Source: a virus. From it: a stretch of 64,000 nucleotides of DNA. Shown piece after piece: positions 19,357 to 27,552 of this stretch (position 1 is its first letter; every line of letters starts with the position of its first letter). The notes under the pieces were generated by a model. It saw nothing but the letters and a program-made list of their open reading frames with translations, was not told where the DNA came from and did not search any database. The position numbers were made by a program, and so were the translations under genes. The stretch is taken from the IMG/VR virus record IMGVR_UViG_3300042898_002514. One strand, written 5' to 3'.

Positions 19357-20211
19357 ATGAAAATTAAACTGGTATCGGATCTGCATTTAGAATTCAGTGA
19401 TATCAATATCCAAAATGATCAAGATTACGATGTTTTGATTCTCGGTGGCGATATTATGATTGCACAGGATCTACATGACCACATTGCCGCTGATTTCAAT
19501 CCGTATAGCAGTGGCGCATTTGCCGATCTTAGCCGTAAAATGCAACGTGTTGCTCGCTTCCGTGATTTTTTCAAGCGTTGTAGTTTTCAGTTCCCCCATG
19601 TAATTTACATTATGGGCAATCACGAATTCTATCACGGCAAATTTTATGCGGCTATTGATTATATGCGTGAAGAAGTTGCCAAGTATCCTAACATCTACTT
19701 GTTAGAACAGGATATGAAAATTATCGACGATGTTGTGTTTGTGGGTGGAACATTGTGGACAGATATGAATGGTCGTGATCCACTTACAATGCATGCCATC
19801 AAAGACATGATGAACGATTTCCGAATTGTGCGAAATGACAAACGTGAGTATGCAGCTATGAGTCCGTTGGATGTTGCCATACGTCACGATAAGACGCTGA
19901 GTTACATCAAACTGATTGTTCAAGAACATAAAGATAAGAAGTGCGTGGTAGTCGGGCACCACGCACCTAGTTTTAAAAGTGTCAGTGAACAATACGCTAG
20001 TCAAACACTTATGAACGGTGGATATGCCAGTGACCTAAGTGAGTTCATTATGGATCACCCGCAGATTAAATTGTGGACACACGGGCACATGCATCAGCCA
20101 TTTGATTATATGATTGGAGAGACTCGTGTTGTTTGCAACCCACGTGGTTACGAAAACGATGGCTACAGTGAAAACAGTGGTTGGAATCCTAACATAGTAT
20201 TGGAAGTATAA
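19357..20211 (+). CDS. calcineurin-like metallophosphoesterase
   Basis: SDLHLE, GD, GNHE, HGHMH, NPRGY. Confidence 0.92.
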   Translation: MKIKLVSDLHLEFSDINIQNDQDYDVLILGGDIMIAQDLHDHIAADFNPYSSGAFADLSRKMQRVARFRDFFKRCSFQFPHVIYIMGNHEFYHGKFYAAIDYMREEVAKYPNIYLLEQDMKIIDDVVFVGGTLWTDMNGRDPLTMHAIKDMMNDFRIVRNDKREYAAMSPLDVAIRHDKTLSYIKLIVQEHKDKKCVVVGHHAPSFKSVSEQYASQTLMNGGYASDLSEFIMDHPQIKLWTHGHMHQPFDYMIGETRVVCNPRGYENDGYSENSGWNPNIVLEV

Positions 20212-20525
20212 TGAGCAAGCCTGTGGTTATGAGTCCCGATCAATGGGGCAGTGTTCTCGAACGCATCAAGCAACGAGAAAAGCCCAGTGTCTATCTTTCA
20301 CGAACAAAGATGAAAGACGTGCTGGGCTTTACTGTGCGTGATCATAGAGAGTATGTCAAAGACCCTGATTATGTAAGACGTCCACAAGACAAAGATGAAT
20401 GGTTTTATATGGAACCAAGCGGCTGGTTCGAAGGCAAAAAGAATGTACATACTGTTCGTTTGGATTTCTACGACGAACAAAAACGCACAATGTTTTTGTT
20501 AAAATATGGTAACGGCCAAGATTGA
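20211..20525 (+). CDS. hypothetical protein (small paralog family)
   Basis: FYDEQKRTMFLLKY. Confidence 0.7.
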   Translation: MSKPVVMSPDQWGSVLERIKQREKPSVYLSRTKMKDVLGFTVRDHREYVKDPDYVRRPQDKDEWFYMEPSGWFEGKKNVHTVRLDFYDEQKRTMFLLKYGNGQD

Positions 20526-20528
20526 ATT

Positions 20529-21344
20529 ATGAAAAAATTATTTTTGTTATTTTGTGTATGCATTTCAACTATAAGTTATTCACAACCAAGTCACGGAGCC
20601 TGGGGACTCTACGATTATGATCTCACGGAATATCAAATGGTTTATAATAGGAGTGATGTTCGTAGCATTGCTTCTATTACAAAACTGTTTACAGCAACAA
20701 CTATCCTAAGGCAGGGCCTTGATCTAGACGAGAAAGTCAAAGTTACCGGCAAGTCCAAAGGTAGATTCCCTCGAGGTGCTATGGTTCCTAGAATCGATCT
20801 AATGAAGGCCATGTTAATCAGTTCAGACAATCTAGCCGCCGAAACTCTTGCACACTCATATCCAGGCGGGTTTGATGTATTCATATCTGACACAAATCAA
20901 TGGGTGATGGGAACAGGGCTTACCAGAACTCGAATTGTAGATGCCAGTGGCCTGCTGCCTGGTAATGTCAGCACTATAGATAATCTTGTTGCTTTTTTAT
21001 TTAGAATTAAAGACCATGACATCATTCAAGCTATATCCAATGAACGAACAACCACATTAAAGTTACCAAAAGGTAAAAAGACTGTCAAGATAAATCTAAG
21101 AAATACCAATCCTACATTATTTGAATTTGATAATATTATTATTTCTAAAACAGGATTTACAAATCCTGCAGGTAGGTGTGTGGCAATGTTGGTTAGAAAA
21201 GAAGATAGATTGTATGCTGTGATTGTGCTAGGACAGCCCAATGTAAAAGAACGCAGTCAACTGGCCAACGAACTGATCAGCAAAGAACCAATTCCACAAG
21301 CACCCCCTGTGTACCAAACTATTGAATTTGCATTTCCTCTATGA
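20529..21344 (+). CDS. peptidase S11 D-Ala-D-Ala carboxy/endopeptidase (PBP7-like)
   Basis: SITK, SDN, KTG motifs; signal peptide. Confidence 0.9.
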   Translation: MKKLFLLFCVCISTISYSQPSHGAWGLYDYDLTEYQMVYNRSDVRSIASITKLFTATTILRQGLDLDEKVKVTGKSKGRFPRGAMVPRIDLMKAMLISSDNLAAETLAHSYPGGFDVFISDTNQWVMGTGLTRTRIVDASGLLPGNVSTIDNLVAFLFRIKDHDIIQAISNERTTTLKLPKGKKTVKINLRNTNPTLFEFDNIIISKTGFTNPAGRCVAMLVRKEDRLYAVIVLGQPNVKERSQLANELISKEPIPQAPPVYQTIEFAFPL

Positions 21345-21592
21345 ATACAACACTGCCTTCTATTAGAGAAGTTCTAGCAACAAGAGTGAGAGCTGTGTTT
21401 CCCTATAGGATCAATTTTGACAAGGTAGGTTATGAAAATCTACCGCTGATGAAATCTTGGTGTGAAGATAACTGTAAAAGCCTTTGGCGTTGCGAAAGCT
21501 ATCACACACTGTATTTTCAATTTGAAGATGACTATGATGCCACTATGTTTATGCTTCGTTGGGGCTCAGCAGAAGGCAATAAATTAAAATGA
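21341..21592 (+). CDS. hypothetical protein (small paralog family)
   Basis: WC...FEDDYDATMFMLRW. Confidence 0.7.
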   Translation: MNTTLPSIREVLATRVRAVFPYRINFDKVGYENLPLMKSWCEDNCKSLWRCESYHTLYFQFEDDYDATMFMLRWGSAEGNKLK

Positions 21593-21936
21593 CAAAAACT
21601 AAAGATTATCAATTTGAACCCAGTCAAGGTTTTTTTGGTAAGCCTCCAACACGGAATACATACAAATATATGCAAATAGGCGATCAAGTAGAGGAAGTAA
21701 GAGAAATAGTAGTACACGAATTCATGATGGGCGATGTTGATGATCCGGACTTATATGCAGCCCAACCATTATGGGAATGGCAACAAAGCGAACAAGGACA
21801 ATGGATTATGTTAAATGCTATAGAAACTCCTTGTTGGTATAGAATTCCAGATCAACTACAATATGGATACAAGTTTCAAGTCCGCGCCAAACTATCGGGG
21901 CCTAGACTCACAGAATATCTACTGAGGCAAAGCTAA
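21589..21936 (+). CDS. hypothetical phage protein
   Basis: MGDVDDPDLYAAQPLWEWQ; overlapping start/stop. Confidence 0.75.
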   Translation: MTKTKDYQFEPSQGFFGKPPTRNTYKYMQIGDQVEEVREIVVHEFMMGDVDDPDLYAAQPLWEWQQSEQGQWIMLNAIETPCWYRIPDQLQYGYKFQVRAKLSGPRLTEYLLRQS

Positions 21937-22184
21937 TGACAGTGGCCATGATGTCAACCAAGACTAAAAAAAGTTTTCCAAAACCTACAGAAGGACTTAT
22001 GTCCGTGCTCAAGGACTATCACGTTGTTCGCCTACCATACACTGACGATCTATACAACGATATGCTGACTTGGTGTTTGGAACATTGCCAAAATAAATTT
22101 AGAGATATGCAGGAATCGAACGGTCGTGCTTGGTATTTTCAAAATCCAGAAGATGCCATGATGTTTGCAATGAAATGGAGTTGA
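21936..22184 (+). CDS. hypothetical protein (small paralog family)
   Basis: WC...FQNPEDAMMFAMKW. Confidence 0.7.
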   Translation: MTVAMMSTKTKKSFPKPTEGLMSVLKDYHVVRLPYTDDLYNDMLTWCLEHCQNKFRDMQESNGRAWYFQNPEDAMMFAMKWS

Positions 22185-22185
22185 C

Positions 22186-22461
22186 GTGTATATTTGGGAT
22201 GAAGAGTATAAAAAATTAGCACCGCCTCAAGAAATCCTTGATAAATGCCATCAGGTAATTATTACAGATGTCGATGCAGGCGGCCAAGGCGAACCATTTT
22301 GGAAAATTAAAAAATGGGCAAGGACTCATTGCACGAGTTTTGTTTGGATGGAAGTATCGGACGTCAGTGATGTGAGCCTTCATTGGGATGAATTAGCCTG
22401 TTACTATTTTGGCGACGAGAGGGATGCGCTAATGTTTAAACTCAAATACAAAAGCAGTTGA
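22186..22461 (+). CDS. hypothetical protein (small paralog family)
   Basis: FGDERDALMFKLKY. Confidence 0.7.
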   Translation: MYIWDEEYKKLAPPQEILDKCHQVIITDVDAGGQGEPFWKIKKWARTHCTSFVWMEVSDVSDVSLHWDELACYYFGDERDALMFKLKYKSS

Positions 22462-22486
22462 CTTTAATCAAGATTTGTGTTATACT
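22458..22486 (+). promoter_or_regulatory. sigma70-type promoter
   Basis: TTGACT-17-TATACT. Confidence 0.7.
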
Positions 22487-22515
22487 AGACGTACACTTAC
22501 ATACAGGAAAATAAA

Positions 22516-22737
22516 ATGATATATATTCTGCTGTTCTTAGGATTAAATCAAACACCGGCACATTTAGGCACATACTCTAATCTTCAAAGTTGTCAAAATG
22601 CAATCCGTGGGATTTACCAAACCAAGATGACTCCGCGAGGAATTGATCTCAGTGTTGAGCTGCAAGAAAGTATTAGATTCGCCGTTGACAACAAACTAAA
22701 ATATCAGCAGGATTATATCTGTCAGATCAAAGAATAA
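22516..22737 (+). CDS. hypothetical protein
   Basis: AGGA SD, 73 aa. Confidence 0.65.
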   Translation: MIYILLFLGLNQTPAHLGTYSNLQSCQNAIRGIYQTKMTPRGIDLSVELQESIRFAVDNKLKYQQDYICQIKE

Positions 22738-22738
22738 A

Positions 22739-23023
22739 ATGAAAACTAGAGAAGAAATTATCAATTCGATGTGTTATACCTGGCGACACGATTTTGGATT
22801 AGACAAGGATCCCAACGATGACTCTATTGCGTCAGGTATGACTGCCATTGAACGTGTGCTTTTATGGAATGCCATGGCACAGATATTTGACAATGACATT
22901 TCTCCTCTGTTAGATGAAGCGAATGATATCCAGCGTGGCACTAGAATAGTGTTGCCAAAAACTCAAGAACAGGCCGAAGCTATGTTGGCGTCGGCAGAAT
23001 TTTACTTGGACTCAAACAAATGA
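22739..23023 (+). CDS. hypothetical protein
   Basis: Tightly packed ORF. Confidence 0.7.
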   Translation: MKTREEIINSMCYTWRHDFGLDKDPNDDSIASGMTAIERVLLWNAMAQIFDNDISPLLDEANDIQRGTRIVLPKTQEQAEAMLASAEFYLDSNK

Positions 23024-23445
23024 AAATTGGACTTAGCTATAGCCGTTGTGTTTTGGACATTGTTGAGGGCCGTGTTGACATTGACGATGTACTGGTATTG
23101 ATCACTCGTACAGATTTTGATCCACGAGATGATGAACAGTGGAGTGGAATTTGGTCAGGTTATTGTCACGGCGGCATGAGTAATCCCGAATGGGGCAATT
23201 ACGATTCTCAAAGTAAAGAGGATGAAGACAAATTCCGTAGTGTGAGTATTATGCTCTACTCAGATGGTAAGATGCACCAACCTCGCCAATTTGGTGCTCA
23301 TCCTCGCCGGCGTCCGGAAATTTGGTTGGAAGCAGTATTACCTAGCAGTGAATTGGAAACAAATCCAGCCGCTAAAATGGCCTGGGATAACTTCCAGGTA
23401 ATTTCAGGATTGACTAACGTTAAGCTAGATAAGGAATATAGTTGA
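23020..23445 (+). CDS. hypothetical phage protein
   Basis: 141-aa ORF, overlapping start. Confidence 0.75.
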   Translation: MKIGLSYSRCVLDIVEGRVDIDDVLVLITRTDFDPRDDEQWSGIWSGYCHGGMSNPEWGNYDSQSKEDEDKFRSVSIMLYSDGKMHQPRQFGAHPRRRPEIWLEAVLPSSELETNPAAKMAWDNFQVISGLTNVKLDKEYS

Positions 23446-23729
23446 TCTCATTTAACTTTACCATCCGCAACTCGTGGTGTGCTCGTTTTGATAATCTGTG
23501 GTGCCGTAGTTACACAACTCCGTTTACGAACAAGGTCATTGAACTAGAAGTTACTAGGGAAAGTGTTCTAGTGTCGTTCAGTTTTAGTTGGACTGTACGG
23601 CAAGACCACGCCGGCCTTGATTTTGAAGCTGGCCTGTTTGGGTACTGTGTGCATTTTAACTTCTACGATAATAGACATTGGAACTACGAAAAGAAAGCGT
23701 GGGAAACCTATGAAGAAAATTTACTATGA
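23442..23729 (+). CDS. hypothetical protein
   Basis: TTG start overlapping previous stop. Confidence 0.6.
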   Translation: MISFNFTIRNSWCARFDNLWCRSYTTPFTNKVIELEVTRESVLVSFSFSWTVRQDHAGLDFEAGLFGYCVHFNFYDNRHWNYEKKAWETYEENLL

Positions 23730-24168
23730 AAAAGTTGGGCGACGGTATGTGCCTGTTGCAGAATATGACAACGACTTTTTGGACAGCTTTCCAAAAGGTA
23801 ACCACCTGGTTATGTCTTATCCCGGAGGCAGTAGTCGTAGGTTTAATATTGATCCTAACTATGCGGCTATGATTGCCGCGGGTAGAGTTGCTGAAGATGC
23901 CATATGTCGAGCAATTAGCAAAGCCAGCGAAATGCGACCTCAACGAACTCCGATTACTCTAGGGCAGAAAAAAGCCTGGGAAAAGTTAGCCAAAGAGTTT
24001 GGTGATGAACTATGCTCACTAACTTACGGCAGTTCTAGAGATCATGCAGAAGCTGGCATTAAAGCCATGCAGGATGAAGCAGACAAATTGATGAAACACG
24101 ACGGTGTTCGTAAAGCCTACGAGCAGTTTCAGCTAATATGCGAGTTGACCAAGGAACGCCATGGATAG
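23710..24168 (+). CDS. hypothetical phage protein
   Basis: MKKIYYEKVGRRYVPV start. Confidence 0.75.
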   Translation: MKKIYYEKVGRRYVPVAEYDNDFLDSFPKGNHLVMSYPGGSSRRFNIDPNYAAMIAAGRVAEDAICRAISKASEMRPQRTPITLGQKKAWEKLAKEFGDELCSLTYGSSRDHAEAGIKAMQDEADKLMKHDGVRKAYEQFQLICELTKERHG

Positions 24169-24349
24169 AAGCGAAATGCAGACTAGAATGGCAGAATTGA
24201 TGTTGCCAATTGAAAAACAAATACTCATGTGTGATGATCGGCAGGATCTACTCATGATGGCCTGTGCTATGTTACAGCACGTAAACACCATTTTTACACA
24301 GGAATTAGGCGAAGCGGGCAAAAATCAGATGTTTCGAGATATGCTTTAG
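24161..24349 (+). CDS. hypothetical protein
   Basis: AAGGA SD, 62 aa. Confidence 0.65.
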   Translation: MDRSEMQTRMAELMLPIEKQILMCDDRQDLLMMACAMLQHVNTIFTQELGEAGKNQMFRDML

Positions 24350-24375
24350 AATAAACTTATGCTATAATTATCACA

Positions 24376-24969
24376 GTGATAAGTAATAGTAATCCCAAGG
24401 AGCAGATCTTGAAGAAAATTGATGAGTTCAATGCTAGTGATAGAATTGGCGTAAAATTATTAGACAATTCCATCCACTATCTCGGTGGTGAAATCACTGC
24501 TGAAAATGTGGAGGAATGCATCAAATGGATTGTTTATGAAAATCTCGAAGTCAAGGAAAAAATACTCACCCTTTATGTAAATTCCACAGGGGGAGATCTA
24601 TATCAAGCATTTGCTCTTATAGACATCATGCAGAGCAGTAAACACAGTGTGAGAACTATTGGTGTTGGCAGTATAATGAGTGCTGCCTTTTTGATTTTTG
24701 CTGCGGGCGCCAAAGGAGAACGATACCTAGCTGCCAACACAGGAATTATGTGTCATCAGTTTTCTGGGAGTGCCGCTGATATTAAGTTTCACGACCTCAA
24801 GGCTGAAATGAAGGAAAACGAATTCTTGAATCAAAAGATGATCAATATACTGCAACAGGCCACGGATCTAACACCATCAAAGATAAAATCAAAATTGTTA
24901 CCGGCTTCAGACGTTTATATGACTGTTCAAGAAGCACTAGATTTTGGTATCGCAGATCAATTACTATAG
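24376..24969 (+). CDS. clpP: ClpP-family protease
   Basis: LYVNSTGG, catalytic Ser (IMSAA), His (MCHQ), Asp (SDVYM), EALDFGIAD. Confidence 0.88.
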   Translation: MISNSNPKEQILKKIDEFNASDRIGVKLLDNSIHYLGGEITAENVEECIKWIVYENLEVKEKILTLYVNSTGGDLYQAFALIDIMQSSKHSVRTIGVGSIMSAAFLIFAAGAKGERYLAANTGIMCHQFSGSAADIKFHDLKAEMKENEFLNQKMINILQQATDLTPSKIKSKLLPASDVYMTVQEALDFGIADQLL

Positions 24970-24976
24970 GACACAC

Positions 24977-25231
24977 ATGGAAGTCATCAGCATCAACAGC
25001 AAACGCAAAGAAGATATTCAACAGCAAGAACAAAAGAAAGCCATGTTAGCAGTGATTGAATTCATCAAAGCGGAAATAGAAAGCGATAGCATAAAAGAAT
25101 TTGTGGCCTGCTCAATCGACGACGGCGGAGAAGTCCAGATACACGTGGCAGCAATGGATCTCCCTGGAAGTGTGGGTCTGTTTGAAATCGGCAAACACAT
25201 TTTGATCACGGGTGAAACAACATTTGAGTGA
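24977..25231 (+). CDS. hypothetical protein
   Basis: AGGA SD, MEVISINSKR. Confidence 0.7.
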   Translation: MEVISINSKRKEDIQQQEQKKAMLAVIEFIKAEIESDSIKEFVACSIDDGGEVQIHVAAMDLPGSVGLFEIGKHILITGETTFE

Positions 25232-25269
25232 ATGTGGTAAAAAAGCCACATAATCAGATCATATTTTTG

Positions 25270-25384
25270 TTGACATATAAATAAAAAGACATTACAATAC
25301 ATACAGTTGGTTAGGAAGGCGTCAAAATTTATTTTGCCAAAACGGCAAATAGAGGTTGACAAGAGAACTAAATAACTGTATAAT
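25270..25384 (+). promoter_or_regulatory. tandem sigma70 promoters driving the tRNA array
   Basis: TTGACA-17-TACAAT (25270-25298) and TTGACA-17-TATAAT (25356-25384). Confidence 0.85.
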
Positions 25385-25432
25385 TAAAACATAGACAGCA
25401 AGGTGCTGTTTATAAAAGGAAAAAGAAAGCAA

Positions 25433-25576
25433 ATGAAATCATTTAACAGACATCAGTTTAATACGATGCCCAAACAGGTAGGTGTAATAGCCTGCTCTTG
25501 GTTATCGATTAATGGTGGAAGTTTATCATATGATCGTACACCAGAGATTTCAAGGGTCCGGGAGGACGTAGTGTAA
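25433..25576 (+). CDS. putative attenuator leader peptide (47 aa)
   Basis: MKSFNRHQFNTMPKQVGVIACSWLSINGGSLSYDRTPEISRVREDVV between promoter and terminator. Confidence 0.55.
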   Translation: MKSFNRHQFNTMPKQVGVIACSWLSINGGSLSYDRTPEISRVREDVV

Positions 25577-25602
25577 AGTAAAACATACACCGCAAACTTC
25601 AA

Positions 25603-25640
25603 GGACCCTGGGAATTAAAACTCCTGGGGTTTTTTGTTTT
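25603..25640 (+). terminator. intrinsic terminator with competing antiterminator
   Basis: ACCCTGGGA/TCCTGGGGT stem plus U tract; GGACCCT also complementary to AGGGTCC at 25553. Confidence 0.75.
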
Positions 25641-25648
25641 AAGGAACA

Positions 25649-25801
25649 ATGACAGAGAAAAAGATTAAAGAAGCAGAATGGACAGTGACGCACACTCTTA
25701 CTAAGGATCAGTTTTTGAAACTGATCCATAATAAGGTGAAACGTGTGGCACAGTATCATCGAGCTATAAACAAGCAGGAAAGTAGGCCAAATGCCCGCTA
25801 G
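25649..25801 (+). CDS. hypothetical 50-aa protein
   Basis: AAGGA SD, MTEKKIKEAEW... Confidence 0.55.
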   Translation: MTEKKIKEAEWTVTHTLTKDQFLKLIHNKVKRVAQYHRAINKQESRPNAR

Positions 25802-25907
25802 TACTGCAACGTGGTAGGGGAAACGAGGTCCTCGCAACACACGATAAACAGTTGTAAACGGGCGGCCTAGGCGATGAAGTCTCTTTTGTGAGATAAAAAA
25901 CCCTAGC

Positions 25908-25963
25908 GTATTAAAGCATTCTTTACGAACAGTCAGACTAAGTAGTTTAGAATGTTTTAATAC
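25908..25963 (+). repeat. hairpin cassette 1 (variant stem)
   Basis: GTATTAAAGCATTCT / AGAATGTTTTAATAC, 26-nt loop. Confidence 0.6.
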
Positions 25964-26020
25964 ACACATTCTTCATTCAGCTCTTGACGCTGTCTAAAAG
26001 CATAGCGGAGAGTGTGTTTA
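25961..26020 (+). repeat. hairpin cassette 2
   Basis: ACACATTCT / AGAGTGTGT. Confidence 0.6.
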
Positions 26021-26028
26021 CAATTTAT

Positions 26029-26117
26029 GGAAGTGTGCGCTGAATTGGTTGAAGGCAACGGACTGTAAATCCGCCACATAAGAAACATTGTAGGTTCGAA
26101 TCCTACCACTTCCACCA
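26029..26117 (+). tRNA. tRNA-Tyr(GTA)
   Basis: Cloverleaf, long variable region, encoded CCA. Confidence 0.92.
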
Positions 26118-26123
26118 AGTTTT

Positions 26124-26199
26124 GCCTCGTTCATATAACGGTCTATTATATCCGCCTGTCTAGCGGAATACAGGGGTTCGACTCCCCTACGAGGCGCCA
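26124..26199 (+). tRNA. tRNA-Asp(GTC)
   Basis: TCCGC-CTGTCTA-GCGGA, CCA. Confidence 0.92.
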
Positions 26200-26205
26200 G
26201 TTTAT

Positions 26206-26281
26206 TCCCCGATAGCACAGAGGTAGTTGCGCTTCGCTGTTAACGAAGATGTCGTACGTTCGATCCGTACTCGGGGAGCCA
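26206..26281 (+). tRNA. tRNA-Asn(GTT)
   Basis: CTTCG-CTGTTAA-CGAAG, CCA. Confidence 0.92.
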
Positions 26282-26287
26282 GACAAT

Positions 26288-26361
26288 GTATCTCTAATGT
26301 AATGGCAGCATCACAGTCTCCAAAACTGTTCGTCGGGGTTCGAGTCCCTGGAGGTACGCCA
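26288..26361 (+). tRNA. tRNA-Trp(CCA)
   Basis: ACAGT-CTCCAAA-ACTGT. Confidence 0.92.
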
Positions 26362-26369
26362 AACAATTT

Positions 26370-26444
26370 GCACGATTCGTCTATCGGTTAGGACGCTGCC
26401 CTTTCAAGGCGGAAAGACGAGTTCGATTCTCGTATCGTGTACCA
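26370..26444 (+). tRNA. tRNA-Glu(TTC)
   Basis: CTGCC-CTTTCAA-GGCGG. Confidence 0.92.
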
Positions 26445-26451
26445 ATATACC

Positions 26452-26525
26452 GCGGGATTAGTTTAATGGTCAAACGAAACCTTGCCAAGGTTTAGTCAGG
26501 AGTTCGATTCTCCTATCCCGCTCCA
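26452..26525 (+). tRNA. tRNA-Gly(GCC)
   Basis: AAACC-TTGCCAA-GGTTT, U73. Confidence 0.92.
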
Positions 26526-26528
26526 TAT

Positions 26529-26620
26529 GCCAGCGAGACTTGACAGTCAGAGAGTCCTTATAAGACTTTTAGCGCCAGATTAGCGTTCTTGAGAGGGTTT
26601 GATTCCCTCCGCTGGTACCA
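26529..26620 (+). tRNA. atypical tRNA with TAT anticodon (Ile codon AUA)
   Basis: 7-bp acceptor, 4-nt D loop, extended anticodon stem, long variable arm, CCA. Confidence 0.65.
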
Positions 26621-26626
26621 CACCAT

Positions 26627-26704
26627 ATAGGGATGGCAGAGAGGCCCAATGCAACAGTCTGCAAAACTGTAAACCCGTGGGTTCGAATCCCACTCCCTAT
26701 TCCA
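26627..26704 (+). tRNA. tRNA-Cys(GCA)
   Basis: ACAGT-CTGCAAA-ACTGT, U73. Confidence 0.9.
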
Positions 26705-26708
26705 ATAT

Positions 26709-26785
26709 ACCCCTGTACGCTAATTGGTAGTGCGGGTAGACTTAAAATCTGCTGGATGGCGGTTCGAATCTGCCCAGGGGTACCA
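26709..26785 (+). tRNA. tRNA-Leu(TAA), short variable loop
   Basis: GTAGA-CTTAAAA-TCTGC. Confidence 0.85.
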
Positions 26786-26853
26786 ATCAACCAGTCTTGG
26801 ACACGCAGACTTTAAAGCGATGTGGGAGTAGGTGGAAGCCCTGCACCTAATAT

Positions 26854-26943
26854 GGAAGTATGGCTGAGCATGGCTTAAGGCAGCAGTCTTGAAAACTGAA
26901 GGCTCGAAAGGGTCCGTGGGTTCGAATCCTACTACTTCCGCCA
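26854..26943 (+). tRNA. tRNA-Ser(TGA)
   Basis: Long variable arm, G73. Confidence 0.93.
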
Positions 26944-26947
26944 ATTT

Positions 26948-27021
26948 TCCCGGATAATTAAATGGTATAATAATCGGCTGATAACCGGTCTTCGCAAGTT
27001 CGATTCTTGCTCTGGGAACCA
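26948..27021 (+). tRNA. tRNA-Ile(GAT)
   Basis: ATCGG-CTGATAA-CCGGT. Confidence 0.9.
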
Positions 27022-27042
27022 ATTTTTAAAATGGAGAATGAC

Positions 27043-27063
27043 ATGAAACGAGGTAAACTCTAG
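27043..27063 (+). CDS. mini-ORF MKRGKL (putative regulatory peptide)
   Basis: GGAG SD 6 nt upstream of ATG; stop overlaps a hairpin. Confidence 0.4.
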   Translation: MKRGKL

Positions 27064-27124
27064 TGTCATCCTAGACCCCCGTATGGTCCTGGATGGCACG
27101 TAAAAGAAAATATTTACGATCCAT

Positions 27125-27199
27125 CCACGCTAAACTTTAGTGGCGAAGTACCCGGCTCTTAACCGGACTAACTGAGTTCGATTCTCAGAGCGTGGACCA
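27125..27199 (+). tRNA. tRNA-Lys(CTT)
   Basis: CCGG-CTCTTAA-CCGG; A at position 8. Confidence 0.85.
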
Positions 27200-27202
27200 T
27201 AT

Positions 27203-27278
27203 GGGAGTATAGTGAAATGGTTATCACAGCAGACTTTTAATCTGCCAGTTCCGGGTTCGAGTCCCGGTGCTCCTACCA
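27203..27278 (+). tRNA. tRNA-Lys(TTT)
   Basis: GCAGA-CTTTTAA-TCTGC. Confidence 0.93.
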
Positions 27279-27359
27279 TAGACAAACACATTAGAAGCCT
27301 TCGTGACTGTGGGCGAGTAGGTCTCTAAGTCGTTTCCGACTAGTGTGTTTTTCTATGGT
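27275..27359 (+). repeat. hairpin cassette 3
   Basis: ACCATAGACAAACACATTAG / CTAGTGTGTTTTTCTATGGT, 45-nt loop. Confidence 0.8.
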
Positions 27360-27464
27360 TAGTATCAGAAGATGTGATCGAAACAGGTGTACTAGTCATA
27401 CACAATGTCGTGACCGGAGGATGAGAAGTCGCAAGAGTAGGCCTGACCGCTAGAGGGTAGCGAC

Positions 27465-27552
27465 ACCATATAAAAACACATTAGGCCTGATCATAGATCA
27501 TCGCGGGTATAGTGCCTTCCGAGCCGCGGACTTGAGTGTGTTTTTATATGGT
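27465..27552 (+). repeat. hairpin cassette 4
   Basis: ACCATATAAAAACACATT / AGTGTGTTTTTATATGGT, 52-nt loop. Confidence 0.8.

Noticed and set aside
25790-25907. Hammerhead or HDV-like (theta) ribozyme near GATGAAG / GTCCTCGC
   Set aside because: The CUGAUGA/GAAA core and the HDV double-pseudoknot pairings could not be assembled by eye. The region is structured but unassigned and needs a covariance-model search.
26709-26785. tRNA-Leu(TAA) with short variable loop as a novelty
   Set aside because: Short-arm Leu tRNAs are known from other phages; the rest of the structure is canonical.
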